This document shows positions 25,951-39,800 of a stretch of DNA of 64,000 nucleotides, one piece after another; the first letter of the stretch is position 1, and every line of letters begins with the position of its first letter. The DNA comes from Tubulanus polymorphus. Lineage: Eukaryota > Animalia > Nemertea. The stretch is from contig NC_134030.1 of assembly GCF_964204645.1 (NCBI RefSeq), positions 8,955,222 to 9,019,221 of the forward strand, given 5' to 3'. Under the pieces are notes generated by a model. The model saw only the letters and a list, made by a program, of their open reading frames with translations, was not told the origin of the DNA and made no database searches. The position numbers were made by a program, and so were the translations under genes.

Positions 25951-28900
25951 AAATATGAATGAGCAAAGAAGTTTTTTTTGTTCTTTTTCTGAGAATGATG
26001 AAAACATTTTTTTGATTGTAGCGTGCCTGGATTCGAATATTCCAAGAATCATTTGTTTGGACATTTCCCTCCTTCAAAAAATGATTTTAAAAAATTTTTC
26101 ATTTCCTCTGGAATGATGTTTGAACAATCGTCTACGCGGTAAACCGAGCTATTAAAAAAAGTCTTATCAGGGACTTGATTTCTATTCAATCATCGATCGA
26201 TTAAATCGAATCTTATCTTTACAGCTTTAAAGTTGATGACGTAGGCCTATATAGATAGGTTCCTCGAAATATGAAATTAACTCCTTGAAAACTCTCTGTA
26301 TATCCACGAATGACTGATCTGTCGAGACGCTGATTTGCGTAGTTTAGCGTTTACAATCATTTCAATTATGAAATATTATCGATCATTAATTGCTCGTACG
26401 AACTGCCTGATATTGTGGTTTTTTGGGGGGATATGAGGTGATCAGCGACCTTTGAGTGTTAGTGACCCATTTTGAAAAGGTCGAATGCTACCGTAGAGAT
26501 GAGACTTGAGCCGCGTCACACACTACATTTAGAACGGTCTTGGCCCGTTCCAATTTGAAACGCGCCTAGCGAAAAGCCGTTTCCTAATTGGTACGTTCGT
26601 TATCAAACCGTTCCAATTTGGACCTTAAAAAGACTGATCCAGACTCCGGGATGCCTCACAAATTGGATCGATTTCATAGGTCCAAAATGATCACCAATTA
26701 AGCAGTGTCTTCAGTGACAACCTCCGAAATTGTGTGTTTTATTGTATTGTTTATAGTAAGCGGGGTAAAGAAAATATTTGTTGTTTTGATACTACGGCTG
26801 AAATGTGTTGCGTAATTTCATAAAACCTATGAAAAAATCAGTTAAGAAAGTTGGCCTTTTATCGTGGGCGTTATGTTGATGCACGTATTTCTATTATGAG
26901 CCGGCCGCTATGTAGTTCTATTTGTCTCTCACTAATTGAAGATTCAGATACATTCCTTTTATTGTGCATTATTGATAATGTCTCGGTCTCTGCGTCTTGT
27001 ATTTTATGTGTCTCTGAAATAAGCTATCTCTATCGTAATTGCTCGTTTTGTCGACGCCCTTATTTTCTAATTGATACTAGTGATCACGGGATAGATAAAA
27101 CGTGAACGGCTGGCTTTGGTTTGAAAAAAATTTTCATTTGTTCAGATAAATCTATATATATGTCATAAATGTCTTGTTTTTAGTCCATATGGTTGGGAGT
27201 GTCCACTATCTTATGTTATAGACTCACGGAGTCGGGACTGTTAATATAAAACTCCCTCATCCTCACAGTTCATCAAGTTATCACAATACTTATCTTGTCT
27301 ATGTTTTTTTATTGCGAACATGTATTTCCGTCCAATTGAATGAATAATTTTTTTCACTCGTTTTTAAATTGTTTACCTTTCTCCTGATTATCAATGCTTC
27401 TGCTTTTTGGTGAAATGAATATTGAATTGAATTGATGAAATTGAAATTCTATTTCTCCAAATTTTCATCGAGAATTTACCGACTGAAGGGCGGTTTTCTC
27501 AGTTGACCAGTTCTATTGGGTAAAAATGAAATAGAATAATGCTGTATAACGCAGAAAGCCCGAAGTAAAAGTTTTTACTGACTTAGGAAAAGTTTGAAAG
27601 GTCGGTTAGCCAATGACAGGTCAGTAATGAGCTTTGTGTCGTTCCATTTTACAGCTATTAGTCGGTACGGACGAAGCCGCATTTCCTCGTTAGCCGGCGC
27701 GACACCGTGGTAAATATTCCGATGTTCGTTCGTTATCTTTTTGATTAATTCGATTTAAAACGCCTTGTTTCACCTTCATTTGTTGCAGTTTATGCTGCTT
27801 TGTTTTATTGCTCAATTTTGTTGTTGACGTACCCGGCAGACATCAATTATCATCAGCGACTACCGAGACTCCAGCGTCTGCTTGTTCTATTCATCAATTT
27901 GAAAGTCTCTTGAGTCGAAGTGAAAATAAGCGAGGTTTCTTGTCAATGCCTTAATGTTGCTAGGTTTTTATTTCAGATTAGGTGTTCATATTCACCATTA
28001 ATAAGACACCATATCCGTGTTGATTATCTACAGAGAACCCCGCAATAGAAACGGAAAATACAGTCTTAAATGTTTCCTTGAACGAGTGGTTTATTCGACC
28101 TTTTGACTTTATTCTGATAGTCAACTTCCAATATTCCTGAAGATGACTATCAGAATATTTTCGTACCAGCATGGAATTAACTCGAGGAAACCTTTTTAGG
28201 ACTTTTTTTGACGCCTTATAAAACGTTACCATTATAAAACCTAAACAATGTTAACCATTCAGCGTCATTTTACAAACGACAACAGTAAATCGATGTGCAA
28301 AACGTCACAGGTTTATGTGTACACATACAAGCTATTTGGCAAAATATTATTGATAAAGATGTAGAATGGCTCCCTGTGATTATATAATGACCTCTATTTG
28401 AACGTTGAAATGTTATATTGCATTGAATATCATGATAAGACGAATTGTAATAGTAAAGGATGTATGATTATATCAGGAGCGGCAGGCATAAATAGAAATG
28501 ATAAGTAAATCGGATTATTCGGTTAAATGGCGGATGTATACACGATTTGGAAGTCTGATATAAAAGTCAGACCCTGACATGGGGATGCTAGTGGAATGAC
28601 GAAGCTATCTATGATCTGAGTAGGGCCGGCGTGAATTTCATCGGCGGCTACAAGCGGTCTATATAAAAACGTGTAAACAAATAATTTCAATATTCAAATG
28701 TTTTAGAAAATATGTTCGATATTAGGGGTATGCAAGTTTCATGAGATTAACAATCTATAATAGCATAGCTGTCATATACGGCTCCGCGTCCACTGATGGC
28801 ATGTGTATAAGGTGACAATTCAATTCAATACTTTATTGATCCTTATTACATTGAAATTACGGGATGAAATTCCCAATTTCAATAAAGTTACAAATTTTAG

Positions 28901-31461
28901 AATAAGAAAATACAAAATACAAGACACATGGGTAATTCATACAGAATAACATGAATAAGTTATTTAAATGACGATGTCTACTTCAACCCAGACTCAAGTC
29001 TAGGATATCGAGTGACAGCCAAACCCAACCGGGCCCAGGACCGGGCCGGCTGGCTACACGATATGCTCGAAATCATGATGAAGCAGACATCAGAAGAGCT
29101 CTTTCTTCAACCATGGAGGCAATGAAGTTGCAGACCAGCTTAGAGCAAAAGTGAATCGAAGTCGGTCACAAGTTGACAATTTTTTTTTTTAATTAGACCA
29201 GTCGAAGACTGTATCATCTACCCAATCGCCAAATCTCATAATTCCCCAAATTTCTTAAAACTTCGATTTCAAATTTGCAATTCCACATTAGCTTATCCCA
29301 GAAATTCTACATTTTTTCGCAGGCGTCAAATAATTTATTAAAGTTAATTTTCTTGTTCGTTATTTTTGTGGGATTCTCGTTATATGAGGTGACCATATTC
29401 TCCTGTTTATATCTCATTTTGTTGGGTGAATCCGTGTCAAGTGTATATGTCACGAAAAATTATTGATAATTCGTTGGAAGTCGAGCAATTATCGAGTCTG
29501 ATACGGCTGTAATTCGAAAATCTGTTGAGTGAAAATCTCCTCTCGGTCAGATTAAATACCATGGCAACTCTCCCTAGGCAGACTGTGGTACGTAGGCAGG
29601 TATTAAACTTTGCAGGGATATTACTCGCTAAAGGATGGGCAGAGCTGTTTCAGCGAGCAGCCCCCCTCCCCCTCGCAGTTTCCATCAATTCTAAATAACT
29701 TGTCGATTGACAATGAAAAGGTAGTCATTAGCCGACTATCACGCAAGCGTTTTTGGCCCGGGCCAAATTAAGCCCGGAACTATTCACATGGGTGCTAAAT
29801 GTACGATCAAAAATGTCGTCTATTTCGACGTTTATTGTCAGATGAGCGGTGATGAGATGTGAACGCGTATTTATTCGTGTGAATTATGTTTCACTTCAGT
29901 ATCGTACGAAAGAACGAGCTTTTAATCAGCTAATGCACTGGAAATTAAAAAAAGACAACCTAGGAGCAGGTATTTTCAGCAGTCAATACCTGATTCAGTT
30001 TTCCAACGGGCAACATTACTGGTTTATATAATATGTACGTTGATAATTTCGCGAGGTTTTTTTCCGATTTTAATCGCTTTCCCTGCATGGGTCTATTCCA
30101 CTCTTCCGCGCATCCGTACGCTGTGGATTCACGCTCCGTTGTGAAGCGTCCGGAATCGAGTTCAGATTTCTATATTTTTTCGGTTATGATAACGCGGGTT
30201 AACGATTAGGCGACCCTCCCCTTCCCTTTCTCCCCTGAATCTCCATATTGCGTATAAGTCAATGATTAATCGAGCGTAGCTAATCGTCTTTTAATCGTCG
30301 TCGATGGACGATGACTCTCGGCGAATGCTCACGTCGTTTTCGGCGCTCGTCTCTCTGCCTGCCCTTCCCCGCGGCGCACGCCGGGGCTGTTTGATCAAGT
30401 CGAATGCGAAATCTAAATGATTGATGTGACGTCGAAATAGATATCCAGGCCGATGTTTGGCTAATCGGGGTTTCTTGTTTGGTTTTGCCCCCTTATACAC
30501 CGTACACATAGGAACGATAGCCCCGACGTCTGCGGTAGTTCGTCTGCTTATCGTCAGATGGCAGCACGGATCCGAGTCTTCCGTCTTAATCGATTTTACA
30601 TCGAAGATGGGAGTTAATTCGAATTATCCTCTTCGTTCGTTGGAGAAATCGCTTTTCTTTATCTCCGTACGTAACGAAAATTATGATATCCGAAACAATC
30701 GAGTCCGTTCCGAAGAATGTTTAGGGAGAGACTTGGTTATCTTCACTTTCCGTTTCTACTCCTGTTCGCCCAAGAAAATAGTACAATCTGACAATTGTCA
30801 TTTTCGTCAATCGGGCGATGTAACCTAGTGGGCTATATAATAGTGTGCCACGGCGAAACAACCAATTTCAGCATATACCCTACTCATCCGTTTATGTAGT
30901 TCAGATGAATAATCATAATAGAAACACAATTTCAGCAATAAATTTCTGGGTCATCGGAACTGCACAGATATATATGTACGAGTTGATCGAGAATATACTG
31001 TTCGCTATTTGTACTGTTTTGCGCATATATAGTCAGATTTACTGCGCTAGGAGTTTTAGTTTTAGCCGTCGTCAGTCGCGTGTGTATATATATATATATA
31101 TATATGTATAGACCAGCTGCTGCGGCCTGCGACTGTCGGGGCCTGGCTGCTGGGCTGGAAATATATTTCGACGCCAAACTGTACTGTAATAATCAGCGGA
31201 CATGGTTTCGTACAGAATTCAACGATGTTGACAGGGCGGAAGTCGAAAAAATGCAAGGATCGCACGCGATACCTGATATTTGATACCTTTTATTCTGTTA
31301 GAGGATTTGCTTTGTTATAGGGATTTAGGGTTTAATCTCAACACTGCTTGAATAATATCGCTGCTTGTGGTGTAAATGCATTAGATATATTTGCAGTACG
31401 GCACAATTCGATAGTTATTCGCGACAGTCAAGTTTAACGCAGACGTCGCAAGAGAATCGCG

Positions 31462-32642
31462 ATGGATCCGCGAAGACGGCGCAAATTTTTCTACCGCCCG
31501 TCGGACGAGCGCCGATTTTTCACCGGTTCGTGCGAGGATATCTATCGAAACGATTCGGCGCAACGGTCACCGGATCTCGTCGACGACGCCGCCAGGAATC
31601 TGAGCGACGCCGATCGCCTGACGTTGGGCGAATATTATGCCGAGAGGATCTCGCGCGGTTTAACGAGTCCGACGACGGCGGCGCCATCGGGGGCACGACT
31701 AAAACATCGTCGGTTTCTCACCGGTGGCCCCAGCGCATCGGGTCCGACTTCGCTACGCGTACATCGTCGTTTGAACTCCGACCTGTGTCATTCGTGGTCG
31801 GCTAATTTAAACGAGCTTCACGACGACAGACGGCAGATGTGTTTCCTGCTAGCAGCTCAGCGGCGCCACGAGCCTGTCGGCAATAGTCACCCGGATGTAA
31901 CGGTTAACACGGATTCTGGCGTCGGCGTAGAGAGCCATCGTCACGAAGGAAACGGTACACGACGTCCTACGACTCGCCACGAACGTAGTAGTCCTTCGCG
32001 CGACGATCCGAGACAACAATCGGAATCCGATCGCGTCGAAGAACAATCGACTCCGACCGAAATCAAGTACCGGTCGTTCACGCTGAATCGCAGCGCGTCG
32101 CGACGATCGCGAGATTTAGACGGCACGGGGCGAATCTCGCCGAATCTGGGTGCGCGGGATCGCGCCAAAACGGATGCCGTCGGCCCGGAAGATTTCGAAA
32201 CGTACTCGCTGCGACGAGCGAACGCGATCGATTTACAGGGTAGTATTGACGACGAAGGCGACGAAAAAGTCGTCGGGTTGAAAAAAATGGAATCAACGGA
32301 ATCGGTGAAAAGTTTATCGCACGAAAGCGATTGTGATCGGTGTTCGGTAAGTCCGAGATTGGAAATCACGTTTGTCGACGATCATTACGCGAGCGATTAC
32401 GCCGACCGAACTCTCGAACGCAATTTCAATCGACCGTTACCGAAATATGTTCAAAAACGACGCCAGACGTCGGATCCGACTGGACCGCAGCGCTCCTCCT
32501 TAATGTCGCCGTCGTCGGCGCGATACGATCGCGTGCGGTCGATTCCGGCTGATTCGTACGGCCACCAGCGGTCGAGGTCTCACGATTTCCACGCCGAAAA
32601 TAAACAGGTTTATCTGCACAGATCACCACAAAGTTTCCGGCG
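31462..32642 (+). CDS. ARHGEF12: RhoGEF alternative long first coding exon variant C (393 aa, R/S/D-rich, probably disordered)
   Basis: The only long ORF in the window (400 aa, GC/CpG-rich), with an in-frame TAA upstream at 31435. A CG|GTACGT phase-2 donor lies about 6 codons before the stop, and composition then drops to AT-rich intron-like sequence. In frame with exon 52320 (...PQSFRR-LGSLSKD). Confidence 0.7.
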
Positions 32643-32705
32643 GTACGTAGGTATACCTAGCTGAAAATATTAACCATTAACCATTGTTTAGTCGGATTGA
32701 AAATC

Positions 32706-32765
<60 letters not shown>

Positions 32766-32845
32766 TACATACATATATATATTTGTATATTTCGCCAACA
32801 TTTTTTCCTCCATTAAGATGGGATACTGGTGCGCCCTCTGTGAAA

Positions 32846-33252
32846 CAGGGTCCATGTGACTCCTTGATTCCTTAAAAACTCTTTCTAAATCAAAAATGCT
32901 TTTAAAACTGCTTGAAACTCCTTTAATTTGAGCAAAGTTCGAGAAACTCCCTCAATTTTTGAGAAATAGGCAATGAGAAATTTTAGAAGCTGTACAATAA
33001 ATAGACGATGCTTAAATCGGTACAGTTGGGACCTGGATTTGTTGCCCAATAAGCCAAATTAAAAAGGATTGGAATTGGCTTACTACGTAACCATCAAATA
33101 AATGGTTTACTGAGATAACCATGAAATAATTGGTTTACTGAGATAAACAGTACTGATTTAGGAGGAGTCTACAGTAATTGGGATATCAAAGTGATGCAGG
33201 CGCTTCGAAAACTCCTTTTTATCCATGAATGACTGATTTGTAGGGGCCCTGT
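32846..33252. mobile_element. Dispersed repeat family B (MITE-like, CAGGGTCC / GGCCCTG ends)
   Basis: Shares CTTAAAAACTCTTTCTAAA...TGCTTTTAAA...GAAACTCC with 20570-20930 and similar segments at 25650-25810 and 26280-26330, and in reverse at ~6170-6550. Confidence 0.7.
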
Positions 33253-36200
33253 GAAGTTAAGACCCTTTGCATGTTTTCAAACTTTTCCGGGAAGCAATTG
33301 TCATAGATTGAATTATATGTATAATCATTGAACGGATTACTATTTTCCAGGTTCCTAACTTTCAATCTGTTGTCGTAACCTCACGTGAAATATCTTGTAC
33401 GGGTTAAAAATGTCTTTAATGCAATATGAATTGCGTAAATAGGGCGACATTCCATTTATAATACGTTGGGTAAATACCAGAGTCAGCGTCATATTAAATC
33501 ATTAACCCTTTCGTACGTTTTGACGCATATTTCTATAGCTTGTTGTCATTTTCAGTATTTGTCAAAGATTAAGTCCATTCATTTACTGATCAGAGAGATT
33601 TTTGTTACCTGTTAGCCACATTTTGATTGCAGCAATGAGTAGTTATAAGTCGTAGCTTGGTTGTAGTTATTGGTGGATGGTTGATAAAACCTGTTGCAGA
33701 ACGAGAAAGATACGGCAAATAATGAAAAATTCCGTGGTCGCGGTATCGCCAATTCGGTGGTCTCGGATGAATACGTAAAGCCATGTACCCAATAGGGGCA
33801 GCTCCGAGAATTTCCAAATCGCTGCATCCCTTCTGCTTTGGGTTGTACCGGTTACCTGGTTAATGGTTGTTTTTCTACCTGGAAATATGGAACTTTCCCT
33901 CTTATTTATTTGCTTGAGTGTTTATTGATATGATCTGATTGTTGTATCCCTAGAAAAAACACCGGGAATGAAAAAGGACGTTTGATTCAGACAGTGCAGA
34001 TATTGTCAAATGATCTGTTGAATGAATGAAATTTTAGATTGAAGTACATGCCCGTGATAGGAAATGTCGATGCCAGTTCATTTTTTGGTTGTTTTAACCC
34101 CCTACTCCCCAGTCGTTGCTCATTATTCTTTCATGCTAACCGTGACTATATATACTCTACGCTGATGAACAAAGGATATTTCGCAATTAATCACGAGTAA
34201 ATGGGATTTTCGGTTGACTAAACGTTCTCCGACGTGAGCGCCTGATATCTCTACGATCGATAACCGATCAGATCAATCAGCGATCATCGAATCGATACGT
34301 TTACTGTTTTGATAGCTATCACGGCCGGTTGATCATTTTCGTTTCCTCGACGCGTCGCTGCCCCGCGGGTCGAGCGGCGCCCCTTTAATCGACTTCTCAT
34401 CGTTCCCTCGCTCTCGAAATTAGTCTTCCGCTTCTATGATCCGGCGTACAATGTCTTCTCGTCGAAATATCGATTTGAATTTTAATCTGGTTTTTACAAG
34501 TATAAGATAGATAACCATCTAGTCCGCTGTAGCGAATGCAGTATGCTGTGATTGCGAGAATTCTAGCCTGCCACAAATTAGCGTCATGTCATCGTCAATT
34601 GATTGATTGATTGACTGATTGATTTGATTTGATTTGAGGAGAATTTGCTGATTTGGTATTTGTCGGCGACAAAATTTTTTCCCCATTCGGAAGCCACAGC
34701 CGTTTCGAGTCATTCGATAATTCTCATGTGTGAACACGACGCGCAGTGTTTTGTGTTCGTCGAATTTGCAGCAGCGTCGTAGTTGCCTGTGGGTTATTGT
34801 ACGACGACGACGACGACGAATGTATCCTATTACCGCTGTCAGCCGCAATCGTTTTCCATTTGATCATCGGCGTTAATCAAAAAAAAAAAAAAAACATCTC
34901 AATTCACGGTGACAATTATTGGCTTGTTTTACGCCGACGTCGGAATTCCAGATTTCGACCGGATCCCCCAACCCCCCTCGGGCTGCGGCGAGTAATTTCT
35001 CGAGTGGGGGACGCGCAGAGTTCATTTCGTGTTTACAGAATAGCGTGCTTCCCATTTTCACGCCGCCATCGATCATATCTCGGCCGGGATATACTTCGAT
35101 AAATCAAACGTTGTATATGTAACGCTTTCGGTCGTTAATGGCCGAAAAGGAAGAATTTAGATATTGGTCGCTTTTTTGCGGCCGCCGTCGGGTCGTCAAT
35201 CATTACCAGCATATCTGGACCGCGGAACAATGGGCGGCTGACGATATTCAGCTACTGTTGCGGTCGATAATTTCTTTTCTCGGGCAATCGGTGATTTGCG
35301 AGCTATCTTCTGGAATAGTTGGTATGGCGTTCCCATTCCCTCTTGATGATATTGAGCATCAGAGTGAAATGTCTGTGTGACTAGTGCTGCATTCACTCTA
35401 TAACTAGTTAATCCACCAATAAGTCCATTCTAATATGGCCCGTACCTGGACAGAACGATTTGAAACAGAGCAAATCAATGCTGCATGTTCGTACATCCGC
35501 TGTTAGAGAAATGGTCCATTCTACAATTTGGAACGGACCTGGGTCGGTCTTTCAGTTGTCTGAATAGATCTGCGCCGAAATGGAATTGAACAATTTAGAA
35601 CACACTTTTTAAGCTAATGTGGACGCCTGCGGTCCATTCTGAAATCTGAATAATGTATTAGGGTGAACACGGCATAGCTTTCCTGTGCTGCCACCTGGTG
35701 GTTCTGTGATTACCGGAGGCAAATTATCCGGGTATTAGAAACCTTGCAGAGTAAACACGCATAACTGAATGGTAACCACTCCTACGTTTCTGAGCTCTTT
35801 CCCCCCCCCCCGTCCAGTTGTAAGGAATCATTGATGGTAACTCACAATTCCGGGAAATGCTCCCGTATGGTAGTATTACCGGTGGAAGTTTGAACCAAGT
35901 TGCGAGATTTGTAGCACCTGTGAACGTGCAGGGGGTACATATTTCATCGGCTATATACACCATCAGTAAAACTTCCGAGAATTCTGAGCTTTGAGCTTCT
36001 TTGAGACGCACCACCACCGTAATCAATCGCAAAGATAGGGTAAGATTTGGATACAAGATGGCTGCCATTGTTGCGTTTCCCACATACTCTCTCAAGTACG
36101 GATTCATGATCTCGAGATTTTGTGTGTGACACTTTAATTTCTTATATCTAAGTTTCGTTGAACAATTGTATATCTAATTGAATAAACGATTGGTTACAAT

Positions 36201-36739
36201 ATGGTAAAACAGTTTTATTATCCAGATTTGGCTATGACTGCTGGGTATTTGAGAGCAGTCTCTACTCTTTTTAAACGCTCTGCTAACAAAAATATCAAAA
36301 TGCTCTCAAATCGTAGTTCATCTTTTCAAAATTACTCTCAGTTTTGGTGAAAACTACTATGATTATTAGAGATATCAGGTGGTGTGGACTGAATATCCAC
36401 TGAACTAAAGATATTCATTCATTTATACATACAAATATGACGTTTTTGCGCTTCAGGTCAAATCGACAAATATTAAGGTTCCTCATTAGTTGCCTTTTAT
36501 AAAAATGATTTGCCTCGATGTACAGACGTATGTACTTAATATGTATGTACAAACTACCTAAATGGATAAATATAGAGGTATATTTGTAATCATCGAGTTA
36601 TTTAGGTTAGACTCGACTGACTGTGGTCTTCATAACGTTCGTATGAATATGCATTGTGATATTTACTTATGGTTGGACTGAACTTTCCGTTTTGAAGTGT
36701 CTTCTTCACTTGTGTTGTAAGAAATTATTCTTATCATAA

Positions 36740-36856
36740 ATAGAGAATCCCACACTGATATGACAAAAGATAAAGTCCGAGAAGTTTCTTTACCGTACGG
36801 TAAGGAAACTTCCTCCTCTTTATCTTTTGTCATATCAGCGTAGGATTCTGTATTTA
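36740..36856. repeat. Palindromic hairpin element
   Basis: CTGATATGACAAAAGATAAAG / CTTTATCTTTTGTCATATCAG arms centred on TTACCGTACGGTAA. A diverged half copy lies at ~37935-38003. Confidence 0.7.
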
Positions 36857-39800
36857 TCGTCACAACACAGAATAGTGTTTATTCAATTGTTATTGTCATT
36901 ATCATCTTTACATTTTATGAGTGGCTTTGTCAGGTTTCGATATTTCGCAAAAAAATATTTGTCCCGAAAGTAAAAAAGACGGCGTAATTGTTATCGGCAC
37001 TAAACTACTCTTGTTCTGCTGCCTACTCGATGAAGACCTCATTACTGTTTTTGTGACCCGGGCTATGTCTGAAACCTATTCTCTATGGAAAACGTCTTCT
37101 TCGGAGACCATGTACAGAGCTCGGCGGACAAGATGGATTTCCAATTCAATCATGAAAATTGAAGTCGACTTTACCATTTGAAGACATCCATTCTAATTTC
37201 TTTAATGCATATTCTACCAATTCTTCGTTCGTGTTACTGATCATAGAATGCGGATTTGTGGAAAACGATCGCCGCAGATCATCATTCAATACGTCAAACA
37301 CGACTCGTTAAAAGCATTTTCATTACGTTTTGCCGCTTTAGAGATTGAAAGTTATTTGTTGTGAATACTCATTCCATACCGAAACCTTTCACCCGATTGC
37401 AAAACTTTCTTCAAAATGAAATCATGAACTTCGTTGCTTAGATTTTGAATTTAAGGGCTTATAGTTATGCGGATAAGATTCAACAGGTGAAACGTGTTAA
37501 TATACCTGTCATCCTTATCTCTATACCTCGTAATCATTAATGAAATTGATTAATCGAGAGTCTTACTTGATGGTCGGATTAAGACGCTAAGCCTCGGCTT
37601 AATAGCTCCAGCGGCGGTTGCCTAATCTACCAATTTCAGCTTTATTCCATTCGTCGGCTCGTAGGAACGCACAGTTTACGGCTTTCCTCTAACCTCCCAC
37701 CTTATAGTACAAACTGTGATATTTTCTTGGTGCTGACACCGAGCGAGCAATGAATGTAAAGACACCGAGTTAAAACAGATCAAATTCTAAATCTTCGAAG
37801 TGATAACTTGCGATTGCAGGCATTCGGAAATGTCCTGTTAACGTTTGGATTTCGCCGGATCATTTTGTGGACCATATAAACACACGGGATGCTCGAGGAA
37901 GATCATGATCTGTATTTGTATTAACCATGAAACACAGTGTTGTGACGAATTATAGAGAATTCCACACTGATATAATGAGAAAGATGAAGTCAGAAAAGTT
38001 TCCATTCAGCTTATAATTTAATGAGCTGTTTCAACTGTAACCTAATAGCAAAAATACATCCTCTTTATGTATTTTTGCTAATAGTCATCATCATGAATCT
38101 CATAATCTGTATAAATTGGAAATGATTAGCAGGAATTGCTGTCCTTCGCCATCACCGGTTGGCTCTTGAATTTAATGTTCATGTACTCGTTGAACTGTAC
38201 CGAGGTGTCATTACCTTACCTCTCTCCTGACCATTTCGTTTAATAAATGTTTATCTGTGTGTTAGGCGTTTCAACATGGACGTCTAATGCCTTTTTAAGC
38301 TTACCATCAATCTATCAGTCGACAAACCTCGTAAGAGCGAACTCATTGATGACCTACGATCCGATTATCCCACGCGCTGACACAGGCTGCTACAAGAAGT
38401 ACAAGTTTGGTTTTCAATCATGCATCGGATACGGTATACAGACCAGTGCCCAAACCTGCCCTGGCAGGGATTCGAACCCGATAGCATCGTGTAACAGCAA
38501 CATTATTAAACCCTGCCTGACTTGCGGTTTGGTCGATGTTGACATTAACCAATCAGAAATACCATTATATTTTAGCATGGGTGTTTCCATTTATGGTTTA
38601 TCCATGAAATTTGCAAACCTTTGCATGTACCTGCGCACCCGGTCTAGTGTGGCAGGGTTTCGTGCTGTGGCCGAGTCGATGCCAGGACATATTTTCATTG
38701 ACATTGTGAAAATGACCGATGCGCATGCTTATCAGGATATAATCAATTTTTATTGCAGCGCTCGAGGCGATCTCTTCTCGCCACTAACGCTGTGTGTCAA
38801 CTGTATGTATAAATAGCCATATTTGCAGTAAACGAAGTGGAAATAATCGACCCCTTGCTTCTCCATCAGCAGCGTCACCGCAGAACATCTCAGGTCGTCG
38901 GCTATCGGTTTAATGTCACTATTGCTCAATGCTTGTTCATTGGGTTTGGGAGAGGGGCATAATTTTGTCAAGGGAAGAAAGACCATGGTTTGCACCTTGT
39001 TTTTAGGTATAGGTATATGTAGAGCACTTTGAGAGCATACTACGCTGTTATGATAGCGAATATATACTCTTCTCTCCGCCTTCCTCCGTCTTCGTCTATC
39101 CCGGTATCTTTCTCACTCTCAGATGCTTCCATCGGGGAACGTTAGTGCATCGGTGGCGGCAGCTGATGTTTGGGAAAACAACAACGACTGAAGCAGCATT
39201 GGCGGCAGCAGCAGTGGTAGCAGCAGCATCGTTACTGACTGTATTAAAACCTTTTAAAACACTGCTCCTCTTCACTCTCTGCTCGTCGGAAGGTGCAAGG
39301 AATATTATGAAGAAGCTGTGAAGGATACATGTACACATACGCACAGACACGCATCAGTATAAACTGTGTATTATAGGGTATGAGAAGATTTCTTGTGCAC
39401 TCGGCGATCGAGAAAGTTGTTACACGCGAGTAGAGGAAACAGGTTTATGCATGGTAATATCGTAGATGATGATGATGACGAAGATGATGATTCCGGTTTT
39501 AAATTCTCCAGGCGGATTAAACACCGGTTTTCGGCGACGGTGTGGACGCGAGCTCTGAAACGTCGTTATTCGTCGATATTCGCATTATTTTATCGCTCGC
39601 ATGAAAAGTGGATTTAAACGCGCGTCAACGAATAGGATTTCGGGTGTAATTTGGTTTTGCGGGGGTCGGGTGGGTGACCGATCTTTTAATGCTGGCATAT
39701 CGTCGGGAATGAAAGTGGATCGCAACAACGCGAGAGAGCAAATATTGAATATTCTCTCCCTCTCGCGCCGCGCTTGACGATCAAATATTGAGAAATATTT

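Noticed and set aside
31365-32629. Several ORFs overlapping the 400-aa ORF
   Set aside because: Expected shadow frames in GC-rich coding DNA.
38459-38482. GGCAGGGATTCGAACCCG tRNA-like B-box
   Set aside because: No cloverleaf can be built. It is part of a repeat, at most SINE-derived.
38247-38816. 189-aa Cys-rich ORF
   Set aside because: Overlaps a dispersed repeat shared with ~8400-8700. No recognisable domain or fitting splice sites.
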